A stretch of 64,000 bases of DNA from the IMG/VR virus record IMGVR_UViG_3300031993_000045, positions 21,237-85,236 of that record; one strand, given 5' to 3'. Below, piece after piece: positions 1-8,027 of this stretch. A program made the translations under genes and the position numbers. Under the pieces are notes generated by a model. That model was not told where the DNA came from, did not search any database, and saw only the letters and a list, made by a program, of their open reading frames with translations. The number at the start of each line of letters is the position of its first letter. Within the stretch, counting starts at the first letter, position 1. The stretch is from a virus. Taxonomy: Duplodnaviria; Caudoviricetes.

Positions 1-256
1 ATTTAGCGCCATATTGTTGGCACAGCTTTGCTTTCTCGTAGGTGTTCTTTGAAGTGTTTACAAGTTCATCCTTGTAGATGCAGTAGTACTTAATGACTTT
101 AGCACCTTTAGCGTTTACAGACTCTGCCTGTACCCACTTCTTGATATCCATAGAGTTCACACTAACTGTGTCGTTCTTTTGCGGTTGAGCCGCAAAGCAT
201 GGCGTAAATATGGTAGCCATAACTACGAACGGTAAAAGAAATTTTGATTTTCTCAT
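1..256 (-). CDS. secreted hypothetical protein, truncated by window edge
   Basis: ATG at 256, frame open to position 1; MRKSKFLLPFVVMATIFTPCFAA-QPQKND looks like a Sec signal peptide; not in the ORF track because no stop is visible. Confidence 0.7.
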   Translation of the reverse strand, partial: MRKSKFLLPFVVMATIFTPCFAAQPQKNDTVSVNSMDIKKWVQAESVNAKGAKVIKYYCIYKDELVNTSKNTYEKAKLCQQYGAK

Positions 257-269
257 AACCTTTGATAGT

Positions 270-668
270 TTAGAGTTTTTTGATTTGTAGATGCAACCTA
301 AAAGGAATGCCATTTCTCGCAGTTCTTGTTGCAGAAATTATTGATACATACACAGCCTTTTCATCAATGTTACTAAATTTGAAAACTTTGATACCGTCTT
401 TTACTGCATTGAATACTTTTTCATGAGTTCTGTATTCTACGATGATGTTCGTTCCATTACGTTCAAGTTTTCTAAGATTCGTAGCATCAATTCGAGACTT
501 GCACACATCAACTTTCTCTATTGACTTTCTGCTGAGATAATACATACAATCCTTATCCAATATACCGTCTTCTATCTTGTATGCGTATACGGATTTTGAA
601 TTAGATTTACACACACCCACTAGGTAATAGGTGCCGTCTTTTACCACGACATCTCCTTGTTTTACCAT
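270..668 (-). CDS. hypothetical protein (132 aa)
   Basis: ORF tiles with neighbours, AT-rich leader, TAA stop. Confidence 0.7.
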   Translation of the reverse strand: MVKQGDVVVKDGTYYLVGVCKSNSKSVYAYKIEDGILDKDCMYYLSRKSIEKVDVCKSRIDATNLRKLERNGTNIIVEYRTHEKVFNAVKDGIKVFKFSNIDEKAVYVSIISATRTARNGIPFRLHLQIKKL

Positions 669-684
669 TTGACGAGTTTATTAG

Positions 685-864
685 TTATTTGGTGATGATG
701 AATTCACCTTGCCAGTCACCAAACAGCTGGCTAAGGATCTTTTTTCTGTGAAGAGCCGTATGATATGTAAGCTTCACGAAAAGAGGCATTGTGCAGCCAC
801 TCTTTTTATAGAGCACTTTCCACACTGCCTCTTTTTTGTATTTCTGTAGTTTTACCGGAAGCAT
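685..864 (-). CDS. small basic hypothetical protein (59 aa)
   Basis: MLPVKLQKYKKEAVWKVLY...EFIITK-TAA fills the gap between 270-668 and 852-1169; below the track length cut-off. Confidence 0.55.
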   Translation of the reverse strand: MLPVKLQKYKKEAVWKVLYKKSGCTMPLFVKLTYHTALHRKKILSQLFGDWQGEFIITK

Positions 865-1169
865 ATTGTATCTACTTTAATTTTAGCATCTACATAATCT
901 TTGTGTCTAGAGAATACTTCGATATAACCTCCGTATTCTTCACCAAGATCGTCTATAAAGCTTTCAGTAACGTTGTAATAATCCTCAAATACATCACGTT
1001 CCCTCTTGTAGGCTTTAGCCTTGGCTTCAGCTTGGTCAGCTCTTCTGCCTTGTTCTGCGCCTTTGTGAAGAAATATAAGTGCTGCAATTGCGAATGTTAC
1101 AGCGATAACTACAACGACTGCGAAATCTAGTACTGTAACCATAACCGTGTGTTCTTTTGTTATATACAT
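852..1169 (-). CDS. membrane-anchored hypothetical protein
   Basis: hydrophobic VLDFAVVVVIAVTFAIAALIFL followed by a charged helical segment. Confidence 0.7.
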   Translation of the reverse strand: MYITKEHTVMVTVLDFAVVVVIAVTFAIAALIFLHKGAEQGRRADQAEAKAKAYKRERDVFEDYYNVTESFIDDLGEEYGGYIEVFSRHKDYVDAKIKVDTICFR

Positions 1170-1171
1170 AA

Positions 1172-1456
1172 TTACTCGAATTGACGGTGATACGGTATAC
1201 CGACCCTGATTGCGTATTCTGCGATCTTGTTAGCTTCCTCGTTTGTGAGGTTGTTGAACCAGACCTTGAATCTGCGCCTATCGTTCGTACTGATTTCGTC
1301 TTTGTGAGGTTTGATTGTGCCATTGCTGACATCACGAAAGACGTTGTCTAACGTTTTGTGAGCTTTAGCTAGAGAAGCTTCGTCTTCGAAGTCTCCTGGT
1401 TTTAAGATGATCGCAACCTCATCAATCACCTTGCGTTCTTTGGTCTTTACTTCCAT
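1172..1456 (-). CDS. hypothetical protein (94 aa)
   Basis: tiled ORF; C-terminal LTNEEANKIAEYAIRVG weakly resembles the end of the L7/L12 CTD. Confidence 0.65.
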   Translation of the reverse strand: MEVKTKERKVIDEVAIILKPGDFEDEASLAKAHKTLDNVFRDVSNGTIKPHKDEISTNDRRRFKVWFNNLTNEEANKIAEYAIRVGIPYHRQFE

Positions 1457-2132
1457 GTAACTTTTGGTCTAGAAGGTTAAACAAAGGATCAGACGGATCT
1501 AATTTCATCAGTTCCGCTATGATCAGGCGTGTTCTGAATACAAGGAAGTACCTCTTAGCTCGATCGATTTCTGCAGGGCTTAAAGGTGCTTGAAGATGAC
1601 TTTTTATGTCACACATTATTGCATCCATCACAATGTTTTTTGTCTCTTTTGTTGCTTCCTGTTCCTGATTCTCAACAGGTCTTTGACAACTGATTCGGTC
1701 CTCCTCTTCAATGTCATTGACTCGAGGAACAACAATGTGAAACATATCAGCGTATGTACTACGAAACGATTTGTACGCTTCATAATAAGCTTCATGAGCC
1801 ACTTCATCGTTACTTACCAGGTCTGGAACTGCAGATGACTCATTTAGCCTAAGATAACGTGTTGTATCCAACTCGTTGCCTGAAACAAAAACTCCTGCCT
1901 TGTTTAGGCAGATTTTGACGAGTTGTAGTTTCCTTAGATCATACACACTGATGTCCATTGCTGTTCTACCAGAATCGGCAGCTAATTGTTCTGCTACTTT
2001 GTGGTCTATTCCAAGTAAAGTACTGATTATCATAGCTGCCTTGCCATAACAATCTTTCTTTATCTTATTAGAACGCAAGCTGAATAAAAAGCGACCACGG
2101 AACTTAGCTTCTGGATCTTTTTTGCTAGCCAT
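1422..2132 (-). CDS. hypothetical protein (236 aa), N-terminus weakly L7/L12-CTD-like
   Basis: long ORF with AT-rich leader; IISTLLGIDHKVAEQL...LNKAGVFV. Confidence 0.7.
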   Translation of the reverse strand: MASKKDPEAKFRGRFLFSLRSNKIKKDCYGKAAMIISTLLGIDHKVAEQLAADSGRTAMDISVYDLRKLQLVKICLNKAGVFVSGNELDTTRYLRLNESSAVPDLVSNDEVAHEAYYEAYKSFRSTYADMFHIVVPRVNDIEEEDRISCQRPVENQEQEATKETKNIVMDAIMCDIKSHLQAPLSPAEIDRAKRYFLVFRTRLIIAELMKLDPSDPLFNLLDQKLHGSKDQRTQGD

Positions 2133-2247
2133 TTTGATGATGTTTGAAAGTTAGACTTATGGGTGGCAAGCCTTGCAGTTTTTACACTGCGTAGGCTGTA
2201 CACCTAGTTTGCAATATTTTTCTCCATTGCGAGGAGCAAATTTACAA

Positions 2248-2505
2248 CTATTCTCCATCTACTGCCTTCTTTCTAGAGTTAGACTTCTTGTTTCCAACAG
2301 TTGCGAGTTCAGCTGTGTTTAATAGCACAGCTACTTCCTCTGGTCTTTCTGTGACAGTGATTCGTGCACATCCCATTCCTGTTTTTACATGAACGATTGC
2401 ACCGTTTTCTTTTTCGCCTTCGTTGTAACAGGCTGTAACAAGTGCGACATGTTGTGGATTAACGTACACTGAATCGTTGTCGCGATCGTGAAGTTTTACT
2501 ACCAT
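2248..2505 (-). CDS. hypothetical protein, FlbD/SwrD-like pattern
   Basis: VYVNPQHVALV...IVHVKTG...VTERPEEVAVLL resembles the FlbD family pattern; TAG stop followed by TTG-TAA. Confidence 0.6.
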   Translation of the reverse strand: MVVKLHDRDNDSVYVNPQHVALVTACYNEGEKENGAIVHVKTGMGCARITVTERPEEVAVLLNTAELATVGNKKSNSRKKAVDGE

Positions 2506-2607
2506 AAATTTTGAAAATTTAAAGATTTAACTTGCTCCTCATATGAATTAACGTCAATTGGCCCGTGAGGAAACGAATCAAAGACGAATTTTGTTGGTTG
2601 AGTTGAC

Positions 2608-3030
2608 CTACGAAGAGGTCTGATTCTGTTGTCCATATCTAAGATCTTTTAGTACTCGTTTTATTGCTTCATCTTCTGCAGTCTCCATAGAATGATAAAA
2701 ATCCTTACTTGTGATAAAATAACCTTCTTTCTCGGCGAAACCTACCGCTTGATACCTGTATTTTACTTTCATGTCTGCAAGTAATATTGGTTTTACAGTT
2801 ATTGTTATCTTACAATATCTGTCTATCCATCTTATTGCTTCAGTGTAAGTAGGTATCAACAAGTAGTGTTTTTTACCATGTTCAAAATCTTCATATCCTA
2901 CAGGAACTACAGATGTTTTGTATACAAACTGTCCTTTATGTTCAGTATACTCACAATATCGTGTACACTTCCATTTAAATCCTCGCCATTTTAACAACAG
3001 AGACGTTTCGTAATGGCAATGATTGTTCAT
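2608..3030 (-). CDS. phage hypothetical protein (140 aa)
   Basis: YETSLLLKWRGF...PTYTEAIRWI...SMETAEDEAIKRVL pattern seen in small phage proteins; TAG stop. Confidence 0.7.
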   Translation of the reverse strand: MNNHCHYETSLLLKWRGFKWKCTRYCEYTEHKGQFVYKTSVVPVGYEDFEHGKKHYLLIPTYTEAIRWIDRYCKITITVKPILLADMKVKYRYQAVGFAEKEGYFITSKDFYHSMETAEDEAIKRVLKDLRYGQQNQTSS

Positions 3031-3035
3031 AACAA

Positions 3036-3521
3036 TTAATTTGCCAAGTCCTTGTGTGGATCTTCTGCAATAATTTCTATAGATACACCACGATGGTCTC
3101 TTTGTGTGAGTTCTGCATACTCTAACACGGCTTCTTTTGGAGCTCTAAATGTTATAGTATCTGGATTTGTATCTATACAATCCTTTGCTTCTTTCAAGCA
3201 GCATTCACAACACTCTTTTAAGACTTTTACAGCCCATAATCTATCGTTGCTAATATCTCTGATTCGTGCAACTACAGTTGGCTTTTTGTTTGACGGACAG
3301 TTCATGTCTACTCTCCACCAAACTTCGTTCTCGCTCGAAAGCAAATCGCTGATGTCATCTTCTGTGGTCTCTACGGAAGGAGTTTTTTCTAGTTCATGCT
3401 GTAAACCGTTAATTACGGTTATAGCTTTACACTTTGGTCCTCCTTTGAGATCCTCCCTGGAAAATGTAACAGTGAACCCTACAGGTTCTTTTACACAAGT
3501 TGAAATTTTGATAATTTTCAT
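3036..3521 (-). CDS. protein with ribosomal L7/L12 C-terminal-like domain
   Basis: RLWAVKVLKECCECCLKEAKDCIDTNP aligns by eye with the bL12 CTD ([27 protein letters not shown]); LKEAKD at 3180-3197. Confidence 0.55.
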   Translation of the reverse strand: MKIIKISTCVKEPVGFTVTFSREDLKGGPKCKAITVINGLQHELEKTPSVETTEDDISDLLSSENEVWWRVDMNCPSNKKPTVVARIRDISNDRLWAVKVLKECCECCLKEAKDCIDTNPDTITFRAPKEAVLEYAELTQRDHRGVSIEIIAEDPHKDLAN

Positions 3522-3652
3522 TTTGCTTTATATTTTTAGTTAGACATGTGAGTTCATACAAAAACCTACCGATTCTCACGAACAGGTAGGAAAATTAAAC
3601 AAAAAAGTCGTTCAACAAAATAAAACCCATTGTTTGAAGTAGTCATGAATTG

Positions 3653-3723
3653 TTGTCTCACAAGGATTCGAACCTTGTCAAACAGAACCAAAACCTGTTG
3701 TGCTACCATTACACCATGAGACA
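3653..3723 (-). tRNA. trnQ: tRNA-Gln(TTG)
   Basis: TGTCTCA TG GTGT AATGGTA GCAC A ACAGG TT-TTG-GT TCTGT TTGA CAAGG TTCGAAT CCTTG TGAGACA A; full cloverleaf. Confidence 0.92.
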
Positions 3724-3874
3724 AGACCCCAACTTTAAAAGTTGGCTGTTATTTTGCAGAAAACAGATGTGTCTGATGTAAAAAGTATCACCCACTCTCA
3801 CGAGCAAGTGATACAACTCCTTTTATTTTTGAGTCTTAAACCTTGTTAAAGGCGTATACCGCTGTATACATTTG

Positions 3875-3929
3875 TGGAGAATGTGGGACTCGAACCCACT
3901 GAGACCACCTAGCCTGGGTCGTATTCTCC
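3875..3929 (-). ncRNA. 55-nt tRNA-like RNA lacking an anticodon arm
   Basis: GGAGAAT/ATTCTCC 7-bp acceptor stem, A73, D-like arm GACC-CAGGCTAGGT-GGTC, canonical T-arm GTGGG-TTCGAGT-CCCAC. Confidence 0.55.
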
Positions 3930-4163
3930 GAAACGCAGGTTCTCGAATTTCTTACACGCTCTGAGCTACCTGCAAACCGTTAAGCGTGATATTTTTTAGT
4001 TTTAGAATAAACTACACCTATTCTCACGAACAAGTGTAGTAGAACTATTCATTAAATCATTAAAGAAGAAATGGTATTGTTCTCACGAATTATACCATCT
4101 AACGCTTGAATATTGCTTGCTACTAAACAAAAACCTATAATAACATGCATTCTAAAACCCAAG

Positions 4164-4277
4164 TGGACTACTATGGACCCGACCCATAGAAATGTGCGAG
4201 TATAATTGAATAGTTAGTTCAATACACATCCGCTGCCAATCATCATACTGTAATTGTATGACAATTCCAACTAGCCC
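4164..4277 (-). ncRNA. 114-nt structured RNA with a tRNA-Ala/tmRNA-like acceptor minihelix
   Basis: 5' GGGCTA pairs with 3' TAGTCC-A (G3:U70-like pair, A73); 6-bp T-like stem CTATGG-GTCGGGT-CCATAG; internal hairpins TCATAC/GTATGA and ATTGAA/TTCAAT. Confidence 0.45.
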
Positions 4278-4419
4278 AAGTTAAAAACACACCGATCTTC
4301 ACAGACAGGTGTGAAAGATTATTACGAAAAACACTTTTTCCTATAGAAACTGAAACTACTTTCACAAGCAGTTTGAGCTAAGACGAAAATCTGTAAGAAA
4401 ATCTTTCCAATAGTAGTTG

Positions 4420-4512
4420 AAGGAGTAGACGGGTTTGAACCGTCGACCTCTGGATTATGGTGCATCTTTGTCATCCATATGATCCAGCACTCTACCGCTG
4501 AGCTATACTCCT
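4420..4512 (-). tRNA. tRNA (Met/Ile2 CAT-like) with a 28-nt anticodon loop (about 21-nt insertion)
   Basis: AGGAGTA/TACTCCT acceptor, GCTC-AGCGGTA-GAGT D-arm, CTGGA/TCCAG anticodon stem around 4455-4482, GACGG-TTCAAAC-CCGTC T-arm. Confidence 0.7.
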
Positions 4513-4928
4513 GACCACCCTTACGGGATAAAACTAATCTTTTAATCACTTTCTTAACCACAAGCCAACACGTGTGCTACGGACCAAGCGTCCTGGACTT
4601 ACGAAACTTGTGCACAGTCTACTTCCATGTTTACTTTAACGAGAAGCTAGGAAGGTCCTAAAAACTGCTACTTCGTTATTTTCGTGTTATTTATTAAGGA
4701 TTGTAACTAATTGATTAGGTTTGCAGGTGTGATATTTAATTTTGAGAGTAGCCTCGCCTATCGCGTTTAGCAGGGCACGTCCTACACTTTTTATCAGACT
4801 GATCCTCCCATATCTTAACTGAACTGTCGAGGTCCATGCGGGTCTCTCCTCGGGAACAGCTAATATTTTCCACATTATCACTATCATAAACTCGCACCTT
4901 TACTTTAGCAATAATATCCTGCAGTTTG

Positions 4929-5008
4929 TAGACACGCTGGGAATCGAACCCAGATTAACCATTCGGTCTAAGGGAAATGGATACACTATCTTCACAGACT
5001 GTGTATCC
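4929..5008 (-). pseudogene. degenerate tRNA-like element overlapping a GUGA hairpin
   Basis: canonical T-arm CTGGG-TTCGATT-CCCAG (4937-4953) and a 3' acceptor strand; the 5' part cannot form a cloverleaf. Confidence 0.4.
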
Positions 5009-5056
5009 TACGTTCAAATGAAAAACGTAATAAAAACTAAAACTTTTATGCCCCAA

Positions 5057-5329
5057 TTATGATTTTTTAGCTTTTTCGATTAACCAGCGCTCCATCCTGG
5101 TTTTTTCGGATGGGGCTGCTGGACGGAATTGGTCAATAGTTCCGTAGACTAGTTTATAATCGTCATTGTGAACGATCATACCGACTCCGTATCCTGGTAC
5201 ACCTTTATTACCATTGGTTAGTATGGCAAAATAATGTACTCGGTTTTGTTCATCAACATGATGGACCTTTACGATGGTGCCATCATTATGAACGATGTTT
5301 TGTCCGTATCGTATGTCATTTTTCTTCAT
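5057..5329 (-). CDS. hypothetical protein (90 aa)
   Basis: tiled ORF, TAA stop. Confidence 0.7.
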   Translation of the reverse strand: MKKNDIRYGQNIVHNDGTIVKVHHVDEQNRVHYFAILTNGNKGVPGYGVGMIVHNDDYKLVYGTIDQFRPAAPSEKTRMERWLIEKAKKS

Positions 5330-5486
5330 CGTCGTATTTATTTAATGATTGATACATCATATAAGCAACACAGAACGCAAAGAATACTACACCAACGGAT
5401 ATTGATTTGGTAATTACACCAACGAACCATGAAAAACATACAGCCAATACAAGAATGACTATAAGTCTTGGATTAGGATAGCTCAT
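5316..5486 (-). CDS. small two-TM membrane protein
   Basis: likely start MSYPNPRL just after the upstream stop; two hydrophobic stretches. Confidence 0.6.
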   Translation of the reverse strand: MSYPNPRLIVILVLAVCFSWFVGVITKSISVGVVFFAFCVAYMMYQSLNKYDDEEK

Positions 5487-5496
5487 GTTATAAACG

Positions 5497-5820
5497 TTAG
5501 TAGTTATACATGTCGTCCCACGTAATCTTTTCTGGATCACGTTCAAATTCATCCCTGTAAAGGGAGCGGAGAGAGTTAAAAGGAGCTGAGGTTGCAATAT
5601 TTTTATCGAAATATTCACGATCATGTTCGTAAATTTCGTTTATTACATCCTCCAATACAGCTGCATGATGTGTGCGCCATTTAATCAGCTCATCTTTTTC
5701 TTCAATTGTCTTCTGGCATTGCTGTTCACCTATGTACATACCGAAGCAAATTCCTCCGGTGAACAATAAACCAATTACAAAGAAGAAGAGCAGTAGTTCT
5801 TTTACAGTACCTTCAAACAT
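5497..5820 (-). CDS. membrane-anchored coiled-coil protein
   Basis: likely start MFEGTVKE 4 nt after the upstream TAA; TM segment LLLFFFVIGLLFTGGICFGMYI. Confidence 0.65.
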   Translation of the reverse strand: MFEGTVKELLLFFFVIGLLFTGGICFGMYIGEQQCQKTIEEKDELIKWRTHHAAVLEDVINEIYEHDREYFDKNIATSAPFNSLRSLYRDEFERDPEKITWDDMYNY

Positions 5821-5824
5821 AATA

Positions 5825-6010
5825 TTATTGTGTATTATTTGTTTGTCGTACAGTACCTGTGAATATGGCAGCATTTTGTTTGCTGTCATACATAACCTTT
5901 AACTTGAGCTTGTTATTCACAATGTCTTTGTAAGAACCCCACATGTTTCTGCGGTAGATCCTCATTGTTACAACGAGGAGCTCAAGAATTTTAACATTTT
6001 TCTGTTTCAT
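5825..6010 (-). CDS. hypothetical protein (61 aa)
   Basis: ATGA overlap with the upstream gene. Confidence 0.55.
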   Translation of the reverse strand: MKQKNVKILELLVVTMRIYRRNMWGSYKDIVNNKLKLKVMYDSKQNAAIFTGTVRQTNNTQ

Positions 6011-6324
6011 CGTGTATAATTTTTGATAAAGTTATTCCACACAACACACGCTCCTATTAGTTTTTTTGTATTCAAACAGAGAGGACAATGTGCTTTTATG
6101 AAGCTTGTTTCGTAAACGTCTTCAATACGAACAGATATATAAGCTTTATCTGACCTCATATTAAAGTCATTCACTGTAAGACGATATTTGTTCTTACACA
6201 AACTTCTGTATGCAATCGGACACGTCTTTCTCGTTACTCCAAGGTATGCACACCACCGCATTAAGTCTCCAGTGGCAAGATCATTCTTCCATCTAGGAGA
6301 CAACATTGTTTTTAACCTTTTCAT
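6007..6324 (-). CDS. basic hypothetical protein, divergent member of the L-x-x-x-C-x-x-L paralogue family
   Basis: DLMRWCAYLGVTRK. Confidence 0.65.
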   Translation of the reverse strand: MKRLKTMLSPRWKNDLATGDLMRWCAYLGVTRKTCPIAYRSLCKNKYRLTVNDFNMRSDKAYISVRIEDVYETSFIKAHCPLCLNTKKLIGACVVWNNFIKNYTR

Positions 6325-6340
6325 TTTGATAATTTTTGAG

Positions 6341-6589
6341 TTAAACTTCTTCTTTCCAGATCAGTATATCAGGCGGAATCCTCATGTGTAAATATAAAGT
6401 TACATAGAGTCTAAGATCTGGTACATCTTTGACTATTTTTATGTCATGAGTATTCATTATTGTGTATGCTGTTTCAATATCAGTTTTCACAACCATTGAG
6501 TAATAATCTGGATGTAGTTGTCTTAAACACCTTAGAGCACGACAATAGAGACTGAGTTTATCAGCCTCTATCACCTTCTTCTGCTTCAT
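6341..6589 (-). CDS. paralogue-family protein
   Basis: start MKQKK by ATGA overlap; KLSLYCRALRCLRQ. Confidence 0.7.
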   Translation of the reverse strand: MKQKKVIEADKLSLYCRALRCLRQLHPDYYSMVVKTDIETAYTIMNTHDIKIVKDVPDLRLYVTLYLHMRIPPDILIWKEEV

Positions 6590-6846
6590 ATCGCTATAGT
6601 TAGATAACAACCCAGTTTGCGACGAATGCTACAATCATATGATAACTTATGAAACATGGAATCGCTGATCCACATGACGTCTACGTATTTCGCGTATTTG
6701 TTGTCATGCAGTTTTTCTTTTCGATAAGCAAATTGTACACTCTTCAGAATACGACGATAGCGGTAATCTTTTGATGTTCTAAGATGTCTGAGCATTTGAC
6801 AGAGCATGTCAAGCTTTTCACTTTGTGTTAATTGACCTTTTTTCAT
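6586..6846 (-). CDS. paralogue-family protein
   Basis: KLDMLCQMLRHLRT; ATGA overlaps on both sides. Confidence 0.7.
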   Translation of the reverse strand: MKKGQLTQSEKLDMLCQMLRHLRTSKDYRYRRILKSVQFAYRKEKLHDNKYAKYVDVMWISDSMFHKLSYDCSIRRKLGCYLTIAI

Positions 6847-7106
6847 AGCTTCACTTCATTTATGTCCGATTCAAGAATGCATTTGTTGTTTCCGAATATA
6901 TCTGTCCAGACGATCCAGTAGTCTACATTTTTTCTAAAACTAAATGAATGTGTCATATATGGACGAAACAGATTGTTAATAATTCTTTTGTATTCAGATT
7001 TATATAACAACCAATCTCCCATAATAGACAGTCTGTACGTTCTCATATACTTTAGAAGTTTGCAGTATGAAACCAAGTCTTTGACTGCTTTACTTTTCTT
7101 CTTCAT
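6843..7106 (-). CDS. paralogue-family protein
   Basis: DLVSYCKLLKYMRT...DIFG...EVKL. Confidence 0.7.
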   Translation of the reverse strand: MKKKSKAVKDLVSYCKLLKYMRTYRLSIMGDWLLYKSEYKRIINNLFRPYMTHSFSFRKNVDYWIVWTDIFGNNKCILESDINEVKL

Positions 7107-7109
7107 AAC

Positions 7110-7322
7110 TTATACATTTGCTCCAATATACATTAGATCACCTTCTCCACATTCAATAGTAACTAATACACGTCTTACAGGACGGATTCTGTAGTTTATG
7201 GATACAAAACGTTTTGTACAAACAATTTTATATACATTCTTACTTCTACAATCCCTACAATGCTTTAAGAATTGTGTACACATTTTAAGCATTGTAATGT
7301 GTATAGAATGATTCTTTTTCAT
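7110..7322 (-). CDS. basic hypothetical protein, possible paralogue-family member
   Basis: MLKMCTQFLKHCRD. Confidence 0.6.
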   Translation of the reverse strand: MKKNHSIHITMLKMCTQFLKHCRDCRSKNVYKIVCTKRFVSINYRIRPVRRVLVTIECGEGDLMYIGANV

Positions 7323-7324
7323 AG

Positions 7325-7522
7325 TTATTTGTTTTTACGTACAAGTTTGACTTCTATTGGCTCAGAATCACTCCAGTTAGGATTAATTGATTTTGGAAGA
7401 TGTTTTTCTTCCAATCTCAATATAAAATCTCCTGGTGAATGCCAACAATTATTTGCGTTATCTTTTTTTGGCTTTTTGCGGTAGAGATATATCATACCGT
7501 CTTCATCTTTTGCTACATACAT
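7325..7522 (-). CDS. small phage hypothetical protein (65 aa)
   Basis: MYVAKDEDG..Y..KKP...W...LP...W.DSEPIEV pattern typical of Bacteroidota phage ORFs. Confidence 0.7.
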   Translation of the reverse strand: MYVAKDEDGMIYLYRKKPKKDNANNCWHSPGDFILRLEEKHLPKSINPNWSDSEPIEVKLVRKNK

Positions 7523-7541
7523 GTTTGATCCTCCTTATAAT

Positions 7542-8027
7542 TTAGTACCATTGAGTCCAATAAGACTGATCGTTATTCTTACATTCTTCTTCCCATTCTT
7601 CATCTGTGAAGTCTTTGTGTAAGCATTCATCAGAGCAATAGTATTTCCAGCCAGCATCTACACAATAACCCTCTTGCATCAAACGACCACAAACAGAACA
7701 ACGACGACATTCTTTAGAAGTATCACGAAAATAATCGACAAAACTGTTAGCTATGTGATTACCATCGTAGATTTCAATAGTCCTACCATAGTTGCTTGCA
7801 AAGCGGTCTAAGTCTTCTGTGCTATAAATTTCTTCTGACGTTCCTTTTGTGGCTTTCCGTAGCAAATCTTCGACAACAATCCATTTCAAACGTCTTATGT
7901 CGTCTTTAAGGACTTTTGACATTTTATTGTCGGTCAGTATTACGTGATAAAAGACGTTGTTACTGTCACGATAGAACTTAAGAGCATGAACACACGCATT
8001 TAGCTCAACAATAGCTTTTGTAATCAT
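7542..8027 (-). CDS. protein with C-terminal Cys-rich putative Zn-binding domain
   Basis: CSVCGRLMQEGYC...YYCSDECLH; start MITKA by ATGA overlap. Confidence 0.7.
   Translation of the reverse strand: MITKAIVELNACVHALKFYRDSNNVFYHVILTDNKMSKVLKDDIRRLKWIVVEDLLRKATKGTSEEIYSTEDLDRFASNYGRTIEIYDGNHIANSFVDYFRDTSKECRRCSVCGRLMQEGYCVDAGWKYYCSDECLHKDFTDEEWEEECKNNDQSYWTQWY

Larger units (their letters stand above)
3565..5008. repeat. six dispersed hairpins with invariant TCAC(+)/GTGA(-) tetraloop
   Basis: 3565-3590, 3785-3814, 4011-4040, 4071-4098, 4288-4313, 4979-5008; 3-bp apical stem plus 6-8 bp basal stems whose sequences differ but stay complementary. Confidence 0.85.

Noticed and set aside
4164-4560. 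Full-length tmRNA (ssrA)
   Set aside because: The pairing 5' end is only 114 nt from the 3' end, with no tag frame or pseudoknot series, and a separate tRNA lies upstream
4322-4887. Track ORFs 4322-4561 and 4687-4887
   Set aside because: The first overlaps a tRNA; neither has a typical leader or protein-like composition
3565-5008. CRISPR array
   Set aside because: Units share only a short loop motif and a fold, not identical direct repeats; spacing is irregular; no cas genes
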